From positions 10,507 to 74,506 of the forward strand of contig JACOYB010000008.1 in NCBI GenBank assembly GCA_016182085.1: a stretch of DNA of 64,000 nt, given 5' to 3'. The position numbers and the translations under genes are program-made. The stretch's first letter is position 1. Every line of letters begins with the position of its first letter. Source of the stretch: Candidatus Magasanikiibacteriota bacterium. Lineage in GTDB: Bacteria > Patescibacteriota > Patescibacteriia > Magasanikbacterales > GWA2-37-8. Below are positions 56,690 through 64,000 of the stretch, piece after piece. A model generated the notes under the pieces. It searched no databases. It saw nothing but the letters and a program-made list of their open reading frames with translations, and was not told the DNA's origin.

Positions 56690-57060
56690 AGCATAAGTTG
56701 TGGATAAGGGAGGTAAAAACAACACTTCTTACACACTCTTTATTAACACTACCAAACACTTATAAACAGATAAAATAAATTCCGAAAAATCCGCCCACAC
56801 TTTATTAGTCCAGTCCGCACAATTTACCAACAGCTATAATTAAGAAAGGTTTGCTAGATATAACGCTTTTTCCGACTTATCCACCCTTATCCACCGCATT
56901 ATAGTAACGATTGTAATTTATTTATAAATAAATCGATATACAATAATAGACAATAAAAATTTACCCACGGTTTTTAATAAAATTTTATAGGGGCTAAAGC
57001 CGCATATATACTCGTTCGCTCATATAAAGTTAAAAACATTTAACTTTATATTCACTCATT
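56690..57060. promoter_or_regulatory. Candidate oriC, a DnaA-box cluster plus an AT-rich unwinding region
   Basis: DnaA boxes TTGTGGATAA (56698-56707), CTTATCCACC ×2 (56876-56896) and TTTACCCACG (56961). An AT-rich tract lies at 56920-57000, between dnaA and dnaN. Confidence 0.6.
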
Positions 57061-57066
57061 TCGCAT

Positions 57067-58194
57067 ATGAAATTCTTTTGCACAAAGGAGAACTTGTCAA
57101 AAGCTTTGGCGCTGGTAATTGGGGTGGCCGGTAAAAATATTAACCTGCCAATACTTGGCAATGTCCTTATCAAGGCGACTGAACAAAAAGTAGAATTTAT
57201 GGCCACTAATTTAGAGTTGGCTATAACTTCCAATCTACGAGCCAAGGTAGAAGTTCCGGGTGTGTTTACGGTACCGGCCAGAACCCTCAATGACTTTGTG
57301 AATTTATTATCTGAAGAAAAAGTTGAGTTAACCCTAAAAGATAACGAGTTAGAGGTGGTGTGTGGGAGGTCTTCAACCAAGATAAAAGGCGCGCCAGCCG
57401 ATGAGTTCCCGGTTGTGCCGGTGGTAGGCGAAGGAAAGGGTTATTTAATAGAGGTAGAGGCCCTTAAGAGCGGTTTAGGACAGGTTTTTCAGGCGGCGTC
57501 AAAGAATGAAATTAGGCCAGAGCTCGCCGGTGTTTTGTTTAATTTCAATGATCAACCAGGGGTGCTTACTTTGGCCGCAACTGACAGTTATAGGTTGGCA
57601 GAAAAGAAGGTAAAAGTGCTGCAAGGAGAAGATAAGGCACGGATAATTATTCCAGCTCGCACGGCGCAGGAAATGAACCACATTTTAATAATTTCCCTAT
57701 CCAAAGGAGCAGAAAGCGAAAAAAACATCCGACTGCTGGTAACCGAAAATCAAATAGTTTTGCGCTGCAATGATGTGGAACTCGTGTCTCGCCTGGTAGA
57801 CGGCCAATATCCGGATTATACCCAGATTATTCCAACCAGCTTTAAAACCGAGGCGGACTTCTCTACAAACCAGATAACCAAGGAAATAAAGGCTGCTAGT
57901 TTGTTCACCACAACTGGTGTAAATGCTGTAAGTTTTGAGTTTGACCCCACAGCCGGGGTTATTCATTTGTCTTCGGTTTCCACCCAGACCGGTGAGTACA
58001 AATCCGAAGTTTCGGCAGATGTTAAGGGTGAAAAGAATAATACGCTTTTGAACCACCGGTATATTTTAGACGGTCTTTCAAATATCAACACCGAGAACGC
58101 GGTGTTAAAGGTAATAAATGCGGACAGCCCGTGCGTGCTTGCGCCAAAGGGCGATCAAAGCTTTGTTTATATTGTGATGCCTATAAGACAATAA
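57067..58194 (+). CDS. dnaN: DNA polymerase III beta sliding clamp
   Basis: N-terminus MKFFCTKENLSKAL…, three-domain length (375 aa), position after dnaA. Confidence 0.9.
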   Translation: MKFFCTKENLSKALALVIGVAGKNINLPILGNVLIKATEQKVEFMATNLELAITSNLRAKVEVPGVFTVPARTLNDFVNLLSEEKVELTLKDNELEVVCGRSSTKIKGAPADEFPVVPVVGEGKGYLIEVEALKSGLGQVFQAASKNEIRPELAGVLFNFNDQPGVLTLAATDSYRLAEKKVKVLQGEDKARIIIPARTAQEMNHILIISLSKGAESEKNIRLLVTENQIVLRCNDVELVSRLVDGQYPDYTQIIPTSFKTEADFSTNQITKEIKAASLFTTTGVNAVSFEFDPTAGVIHLSSVSTQTGEYKSEVSADVKGEKNNTLLNHRYILDGLSNINTENAVLKVINADSPCVLAPKGDQSFVYIVMPIRQ

Positions 58195-58239
58195 AAATTC
58201 AAATAAAAAATATCCGACGTAACGTCGAATATTTTTTAT

Positions 58240-60921
58240 TTATTCTATATTCACCTGTAAAGTCTTCTCAACCGTATTACCAAAATTATCCAATAGTACT
58301 GCCTTGAGCGAATGTTCTCCAGCGCCCGGACTATTTTTCCAGGTAAATGTGAGCATGTTGTTAAACAATTTATCTTCTTGATGGTTAAAGTTATAAATCA
58401 ACCTCTGGCTGCCGCCGTTTGAAGACAGATAAATATCAATTTTTTTCATATCATCCCATCTAAACGGTACGATATTAAACACGCGTGGATAATCATCTGG
58501 CCGTAAGGTAAGCGGGCCAGAATCAAACCACTCAAAGTTTGGCGGATCAAAATCCGCCTGCATCGCAAAAGTAATGCTCTTTTGTGAACTGTGTCCCGCG
58601 TCATCAACAGCTACGGCGCTTAGGGTGTGCGGACCTTTTGAAAGTTTTTGCGCGTAGTAATTTAAAGTAAATGGGAATTCCGTAGCTGTGCCAATCGGTT
58701 GGTTATCTATTTGATAGATTATTTTGCTAACCCCGCCCGGAGCCGTGGCGCGCGTTTCAATATTCATTTCTCTGGAAGTAAGCACCACGCCTTCAACCGG
58801 AGAAATAAATTCTATCTTTGGAGCCAGTTCAGCCGCAAGTTCGCTGTCATATTCGGTTGGCGGTTCTAGGAAAGTTACATTTTCGCTGGATTGTAGCTTT
58901 ACCACCCAAACTTGTAATGCTTGCTCCCAATTTAAATATTGCGGATCATCGGCCGGAAATGGCGGCGCAGGTCCGCGCGGATCTTCTCTATCTACATAAT
59001 GAAGAATATCGTGTGGAGGCAGATAAGTGCGTTCTGTAATTAAATTTTCTGGAGTGGAGCTGGAAGCAATTTTACCGGTTTCAGAATTAATTTTTAAGGT
59101 AATACCGTTGTTGCCGCCGCGCAGTACGGGTTTCTGCGCGTCATTTGGTGGTGGGGCCGGGAAATATTCTACAGGAGTTCCTTTTACCGCTTCCTTCATG
59201 AACTTATTCCAAATCGTACCGGCCAAGGCATTGCCGCCGGCTTTCATTGAAGTTGGTACGGTATTGCCTACCCAAACACCCGCAACTATTGATGGGGTAT
59301 TTTGTCCTTCATTTTCCTCCGGTTTCCATTCATACAATACTTCTCCAGTCGGGTCTGTAACTTTCAAAATACTAACCGGTTTATTATATACGCCGTTATT
59401 TGCCAGTGTGGCATAACCATTGGTATGTTCCAGCAAATTTACCTCACCACCGCCAAGCACAAGACTTAAGCCATAGTCACCGGTAAAGGTGGTGTAGCCA
59501 AACCGTTTGGCAAAATCTATCGTGTTTTTTGTGCCAACCAAATACATAGTCTTTACTGCTGGAATATTTAATGATCCTTGCAAGGCTCGGCGGATTGTAA
59601 CTAGCCCATGTTCTTTGCCGTCAAAATTTTTGGGCGTATAGTTTGCGCCCGCACGCGCATCAAAATTAGTGGTGACATCATATAGCACAGTATCTGGTGT
59701 ATAACCTTTTTCAAAAGCCAACGTATAGACAAATGGTTTAAACGAAGAACCAGGCTGGCGTTTCCCCAAAGTGGCCACGTCAAACTGGCCATTAATTTCA
59801 TCATTGTTATAATCGCGTGAACCGACCAGGGTTAGGATTTGGCCGGTTTTTGGATCAATGGCCACTAGCGCGGCGTTATTGGCATTGGCGGTTTTGGCAT
59901 TTTTATCTCCCAGTTCTTTTACAATTGCTTCCGCGGCTTTTTGTTTATCATAATCTAATGAGGTGATAATTTTTAATCCGCCCCCATCTACAGTTTTTTC
60001 ACCAAATTCTTCGGCCAAAAGTTGTTTTACATATAATACGAAATGCGGCGCTTCCATTGGTCCGCCAGATTTGAAAATTCGCAGCGCCACTCCTTGCGCT
60101 TCTTTTTTTTGTTCCTCGGTTATCATTCCTTGGTCATACATGAGCGCGAGTACCACATCTCGTCTATCTCGCAGCGCGTCTAAATTTTTTAAGAAACGAC
60201 TAGGAGACGGCAAAATGGCCGCCAGCGTAGCTGCTTCGGCCAGGGTTAAGTCTTTAGCGCTTTTTTGAAAATATGATTGACTGGCAGACTCAATACCATA
60301 ATTGGTAGAGCCGTATGGAATCTCATTTAAATACAGTTTTAAAATTTCATCCTTGGTATATTTTTTTTCCAGACGCACCGCCAGAATTGCTTCCTTTATT
60401 TTTCTAAAATAACCCCAGATGCCGCGGCGTTCATCTCCGACAATAGTATTTTTAATTACTTGTTGAGTAATAGTGGAAGCGCCGCCTGAACCGCTTTTAC
60501 GGCCGATTAGGTTGTTGAATCCAGCTCTAATGATACTGACCACACGTACGCCGCTATGTTCATAGAAGTGTTTATCTTCAATGGCCACGGTAGCTTGTTT
60601 GGCATAATCCGAAATCTGATCCAGGTTAACCAGGGTACGTTTTTGGTTGTGGTAGACCTCATACAGCAGATGTTCGCCCGTACGATCGTAGATTTTGGTG
60701 CTTTGCGATACGCGACGATCGTTTAATTTGTTTGGGTCTGGGAGGTCGCGACTAATGATTGCTATGGTAATCGTGCCAATAATAAAAGAAGCGCAAAAAA
60801 TAGCGGCCGCGGCCAGACCAGCAGTTTTAAGGAGTTTTTTTCTTTTTTCCGGAGATGACCAGGGTTCACTGCCGGGAATATGGCCATATTGCCGTCTTTG
60901 GTTAAGTTGAGGGATGGGCAT
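58240..60921 (-). CDS. Class A penicillin-binding protein (PBP1A-type) with a ~300-aa C-terminal extension
   Basis: Glycosyltransferase GT51 motifs (…EDKHFYEHSGV…RKSGSGGASTITQQV…) and transpeptidase SxxK/SxN/KTG-type motifs (…GSSFKPF…). The start is set at an internal Met (MPIPQLNQ…); the ORF could extend to 61071. Confidence 0.8.
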   Translation of the reverse strand: MPIPQLNQRRQYGHIPGSEPWSSPEKRKKLLKTAGLAAAAIFCASFIIGTITIAIISRDLPDPNKLNDRRVSQSTKIYDRTGEHLLYEVYHNQKRTLVNLDQISDYAKQATVAIEDKHFYEHSGVRVVSIIRAGFNNLIGRKSGSGGASTITQQVIKNTIVGDERRGIWGYFRKIKEAILAVRLEKKYTKDEILKLYLNEIPYGSTNYGIESASQSYFQKSAKDLTLAEAATLAAILPSPSRFLKNLDALRDRRDVVLALMYDQGMITEEQKKEAQGVALRIFKSGGPMEAPHFVLYVKQLLAEEFGEKTVDGGGLKIITSLDYDKQKAAEAIVKELGDKNAKTANANNAALVAIDPKTGQILTLVGSRDYNNDEINGQFDVATLGKRQPGSSFKPFVYTLAFEKGYTPDTVLYDVTTNFDARAGANYTPKNFDGKEHGLVTIRRALQGSLNIPAVKTMYLVGTKNTIDFAKRFGYTTFTGDYGLSLVLGGGEVNLLEHTNGYATLANNGVYNKPVSILKVTDPTGEVLYEWKPEENEGQNTPSIVAGVWVGNTVPTSMKAGGNALAGTIWNKFMKEAVKGTPVEYFPAPPPNDAQKPVLRGGNNGITLKINSETGKIASSSTPENLITERTYLPPHDILHYVDREDPRGPAPPFPADDPQYLNWEQALQVWVVKLQSSENVTFLEPPTEYDSELAAELAPKIEFISPVEGVVLTSREMNIETRATAPGGVSKIIYQIDNQPIGTATEFPFTLNYYAQKLSKGPHTLSAVAVDDAGHSSQKSITFAMQADFDPPNFEWFDSGPLTLRPDDYPRVFNIVPFRWDDMKKIDIYLSSNGGSQRLIYNFNHQEDKLFNNMLTFTWKNSPGAGEHSLKAVLLDNFGNTVEKTLQVNIE

Positions 60922-61137
60922 ATTTGTTGACTCAGAAACGATATTATTAGCACAGCCAGTTGGTTTTGTAAATGTAGGCAAGTTCACGCAGAGCTTTTGA
61001 TATTTTATATCATTTTTTTGTTTTTTACCACCCGGCAAAATGACAGGCGGAAGGGTTGACAAAAATGGCAATTTGTGATATATTATGCCGTTAACAAAGC
61101 AGGGGTACCTTAAGGGTATCTTTTAATTTTAACAAAT

Positions 61138-61701
61138 ATGCGCTTAGTTAAGAGAAATTTGACCGTTAAAGGCTTAGAAATAGCCCTGCATACAGTGGTA
61201 GGAATCGCTTTAATTAGCCAAATTACCTTGCCAATGACTGCGAAAGCCCTAATGGGCCAAGAAATGGCTAATTCTACACAAAAAATAGCTTTAGAGGTGG
61301 CAAAACCAGCCACTAAACCGCAAGATAGCATAAAATTGGCTATCGCGGATAAAGAAGAACGGGAAGAAAAGCCGGATAGAGTAATGAATGCGGTAATTAC
61401 TGCTTATACCAGTACCCCAGATCAAACCGATGACAGCCCATTTATTGCGGCTTCCGGTAAAAGGGTGCATGACGGTATGATTGCGGCCAATGGCTTGCCA
61501 TTTGGTACCAGAATCAAGATCCCGGCTTTATATGGAGATAAGATCTTCTATGTAGAAGACCGCATGAATTCCAGATACGGCCTGGGTCGTATGGATATCT
61601 GGTTGGATACTACCAGAGCCGAAGCCAGAAAGTTTGGTGTTAAGCGAGTAGAGGTAGAAATCTTTTACCCGGAAAAGAAAGCTCTTACTAGAGCTAGATA
61701 A
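61138..61701 (+). CDS. 3D-domain (MltA-like) cell-wall protein
   Basis: AVITAYTSTPDQTDDSPFIAASGKRVHDGMIAANGLPFGTRIKIP…GDKIFYVEDRMNSRYGLGRMDIWLDT is a 3D domain with the three conserved Asp. Confidence 0.75.
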   Translation: MRLVKRNLTVKGLEIALHTVVGIALISQITLPMTAKALMGQEMANSTQKIALEVAKPATKPQDSIKLAIADKEEREEKPDRVMNAVITAYTSTPDQTDDSPFIAASGKRVHDGMIAANGLPFGTRIKIPALYGDKIFYVEDRMNSRYGLGRMDIWLDTTRAEARKFGVKRVEVEIFYPEKKALTRAR

Positions 61702-61715
61702 GCACTCAAAAAAAC

Positions 61716-61752
61716 AAAAAGGCCCTTTAATTGGGGCCTTTTTGTTTTTGGT
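61716..61752 (+). terminator. Rho-independent terminator
   Basis: aaaaaggcccc-ttaatt-ggggcc followed by tttttgttttt. Confidence 0.75.
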
Positions 61753-61753
61753 T

Positions 61754-61820
61754 GTCATGCTGAACAGGTTTTCAGCATCTCGTCAATATAATTAGATCCT
61801 GAAACAAGTTCAGGATGACA
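61754..61820. repeat. Two tandem palindromic units of the GTCAT…GATGAC family between convergent genes
   Basis: The units are gtcatgctgaa-caggttt-tcagcatc and gatcctgaa-acaagt-tcaggatgaca. The second is the exact reverse complement of the copy at 50127-50152. Confidence 0.7.
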
Positions 61821-61822
61821 AA

Positions 61823-62548
61823 CTATTTCTCTACGATCTCTACCGATAAAATTTTTACCGGGTTAACTGGTTTTGACATAGCCCCATCCGCGCCAAGCGT
61901 AGTTTCGGCTTCAGCAATTTTATCAACCGCATCTAGTCCGGCAGTGACTCGGCCGAAGATCACATAGTTTGGCGGCAAAGGATATTCTTGGTGCATGATG
62001 AAAAATTGACTGCCATTGGTGTTGGCTCCGGAATTGGCCATGGCAATTGTGCCGCGCAAGTATTCTCCGGTAAATGGTTCATCGTCAAACTTGTATCCTG
62101 GGCCGCCGCTGCCAGTGCCGGTCGGGTCGCCGCCTTGGATCATAAACCCTTTTATCACACGATGAAAAATCACATTTTCATAAAAACCCTTTTTAGATAA
62201 GAAAACAAAATTGTTTACCGTAATTGGCGTGGCGGCCGCGTTTAGAGAAATTTCTATGTCTCCAGCCGTAGTTTTCATTTTGGCTGTGTAGGTTTTATTT
62301 TTGTCTACTATCATAATTGGTGTTTTGTATTGCGATAAGTCTAAGGGCTTATCTGAATTAGGTTTGTTATTTTCCTGCTCTTCAACAATCATTTCTGTGG
62401 TGGTTGTTCCAGGCACCGGCATTGTATTGGTTATCTCTGGTTGGGAGTTCTCTACTTCAGTTATAGGTGTTGATGTTGTTTTGACGCAACCAGCGCCAGC
62501 TAGTACAACTATTGATAAAAGTACGGCGAGAAAAGAAACTTTTTGCAT
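61823..62548 (-). CDS. Cyclophilin-type peptidyl-prolyl isomerase, lipoprotein
   Basis: Lipobox LAGAGC. Cyclophilin core FHRVIKGFMIQGGDPTGTGSGGPGYKFDDE…GTIAMANSGANTNGSQFFI. The start is set at MQKVSFLAV. Confidence 0.85.
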   Translation of the reverse strand: MQKVSFLAVLLSIVVLAGAGCVKTTSTPITEVENSQPEITNTMPVPGTTTTEMIVEEQENNKPNSDKPLDLSQYKTPIMIVDKNKTYTAKMKTTAGDIEISLNAAATPITVNNFVFLSKKGFYENVIFHRVIKGFMIQGGDPTGTGSGGPGYKFDDEPFTGEYLRGTIAMANSGANTNGSQFFIMHQEYPLPPNYVIFGRVTAGLDAVDKIAEAETTLGADGAMSKPVNPVKILSVEIVEK

Positions 62549-62612
62549 AGCAAAAAAATTAATTTTAAGTGTTAGAATTGTAACAGAACTATAAATTATA
62601 GACAAGTTTTTA

Positions 62613-63149
62613 TTAAATTCCTTTTATTTTTTTCCATGCATTTACAAACTCTCCTGATTCTGCAAGTTCTTGCAACTTTTCCCACTGTATAATGAATTCG
62701 CGGGAATTTTGAGGATTTGTCTCTAAAGCCAAATGCTCATATAATTTTTTTAGGCCCGGGCTACCTCCGCGAAAAATTATATTTATAGGCCTAGGGATTT
62801 TACCAGTTTTTAACATGGTTAATAAATCTTGGCGTTCATAAATTTTTCCCGATTCCTGAGTCATTATTTTATTGTAAGCTTTAATTGTTTCTCCCCAACT
62901 TTCCATTCTTTTTAACTTTTCATCCAGCTCTACATTTTTATTTTCAGTGACAAACATGTGCATGATAGCATTATCGGTTGAATTATCTACGCCCCAAAAA
63001 TCCAACATGATTTTATTCATTTCTAGGTATAAATCGTCTTTAGTTAAGTTTGCTGTTAATTTTTTTTGACCCCCCTCTATATCTAAATTAACAACAAAAT
63101 GTTCTTGTATTTTTTCTTTTTCAGGATAAAATGGCATTTCTTTTTTCAT
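62613..63149 (-). CDS. Hypothetical protein (178 aa)
   Basis: An ORF with coding-like composition, adjacent to comM, with no recognised motifs. Confidence 0.45.
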   Translation of the reverse strand: MKKEMPFYPEKEKIQEHFVVNLDIEGGQKKLTANLTKDDLYLEMNKIMLDFWGVDNSTDNAIMHMFVTENKNVELDEKLKRMESWGETIKAYNKIMTQESGKIYERQDLLTMLKTGKIPRPINIIFRGGSPGLKKLYEHLALETNPQNSREFIIQWEKLQELAESGEFVNAWKKIKGI

Positions 63150-63151
63150 AT

Positions 63152-64000
63152 TTATTCTATTTTAGCACGGAACTGTAATGCTTCGGCGACGTGACTTAAT
63201 TCAATATTATCACTCTTGCCTAAATCGGCAATAGTGCGAGAAAGTTTTAAGATGCGGTTATAGGCTCGGGCGGACAAATGCATCTGGGTTACAGCCGCGC
63301 GCAACAGGTCTGCAGATTCGTCATTTAGTTTACAAAACTCTCTTATCTCGGCATTGCGCATTTCGCTATTGGCGTGAATGTTACAATTTTTAAATCTTTT
63401 TGTTTGAATATTTCTAGCATCTTCCACTCGTTCGCGAATACTTTTTGATGACTCGGCCAACGTTTCGGAAGATAATTTTTCAAACTGCACCCTCGGCACT
63501 TCTACATGCAAATCAATACGGTCTAGCAGCGGCCCGCTGATTCTTTTTTGATACCGAATAATTTGGCTTGGCCCGCAGACACATTGTCTGTCGGGGTCGC
63601 TGCTAAGTCCGCAGGGACAAGGGTTTTGGCTGGCGACCAAAATAAATCTTGCCGGAAATTTTAAGACGCTTTGAATTCTAGAAATTGTAATCACTCCATC
63701 TTCCAAAGGTTGGCGAAGGCTTTCTAAAACCGAACGGGGAAATTCCGGAAATTCATCAAGGAATAATACGCCACGATGAGCCAAGGAAATTTCTCCGGGT
63801 CGCGGATATTTGCCACCGCCAACCAGCGATACTCCCGAAGCTGTATGATGCGGCGAACGGAACGGGCGTTCTTTGATAAAGCCGTTTTGGAGCAGTCCGG
63901 CTACTGAATATATTTTAGTAACTTCCAAAGCTTCTTCAGCCGTAAGTTTTGGCAGGATTGACGAGAAGCTTCGGGCCAGCAAGGTTTTGCCCGATCCAGG
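63152..64000 (-). CDS. comM: Mg-chelatase-like AAA+ ATPase YifB/ComM family (C-terminal part; continues past window end)
   Basis: …VLFLDEFPEF…, the zinc-finger-like CPCGLSSDPDRQCVC, and the C-terminal SARAYNRILKLSRTIADL. Walker A (…DPGSGKTLLAR…) is readable at the window edge. Confidence 0.8.
   Translation of the reverse strand, partial: PGSGKTLLARSFSSILPKLTAEEALEVTKIYSVAGLLQNGFIKERPFRSPHHTASGVSLVGGGKYPRPGEISLAHRGVLFLDEFPEFPRSVLESLRQPLEDGVITISRIQSVLKFPARFILVASQNPCPCGLSSDPDRQCVCGPSQIIRYQKRISGPLLDRIDLHVEVPRVQFEKLSSETLAESSKSIRERVEDARNIQTKRFKNCNIHANSEMRNAEIREFCKLNDESADLLRAAVTQMHLSARAYNRILKLSRTIADLGKSDNIELSHVAEALQFRAKIE

Overview
The window is low-GC (about 40%) and gene-dense, with short genes and short intergenic gaps. 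It looks like a small-genome bacterium, possibly of the CPR/Patescibacteria type; that assignment is an inference from gene content and style only.

Ordinary content, in order:
- Left end: tRNA-Gly, a CuA-type cupredoxin lipoprotein, efp-epmA, the rpsF-ssb-rpsR operon, a type IV pilus assembly operon (pilB-pilC-pilM-pilN-pilO-like), an RNA methyltransferase-like gene, and ychF.
- Surface locus: an ~18 kb minus-strand block runs from 31677 down to 13032. It holds an O-antigen-ligase/TPR membrane protein, two secreted proteins, a 3812-aa surface protein built from YVTN/LVIVD beta-propeller repeats and tail-fibre-like repeats, and a 1020-aa Cys-repeat/TM protein.
- Middle: rmuC, rpsT, holA, polA, an M23/LysM peptidase, a H+-pyrophosphatase, tig and nfo.
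- Right end: a Fic-family module and the replication-origin neighbourhood (yidD-rnpA-rpmH divergent from dnaA-[DnaA boxes]-dnaN), then PBP1A, a 3D-domain protein, cyclophilin and a partial comM/yifB.
- I predict five tRNAs: Gly, Ala(GGC), Ala(CGC), Arg(CCT) and Cys(GCA).

Unusual content:
1. A BlaI/BlaR1-like repressor and M56-peptidase pair controls a downstream cluster of Cys/His-rich extracytoplasmic proteins. Two of these share a conserved C-terminal tag ending in MVGGC. A 17-bp palindrome, TACTACA-N3-TGTAGTA, recurs at three sites and looks like the BlaI-like operator.
2. Three GC-rich islands (~55-62% GC) each carry their own sigma70-like promoter, SD and terminator. The first is next to a tRNA-Arg whose 3' half is duplicated.
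3. A ~105-nt structured element occurs twice (after rpsT/holA and between rpmH and rnpA), with a compensatory base change between the copies.
4. A family of GTCATCC...GGATGAC palindromic units sits at several gene ends. One copy appears to be inserted in-frame in polA.
5. A 450-bp hairpin-rich element is bounded by 24-bp inverted repeats.
6. A free-standing degenerate LAGLIDADG ORF lies in an AT-rich patch.
7. rpmH appears frameshifted at an A7 run.

No CRISPR array, rRNA or obvious prophage is present.
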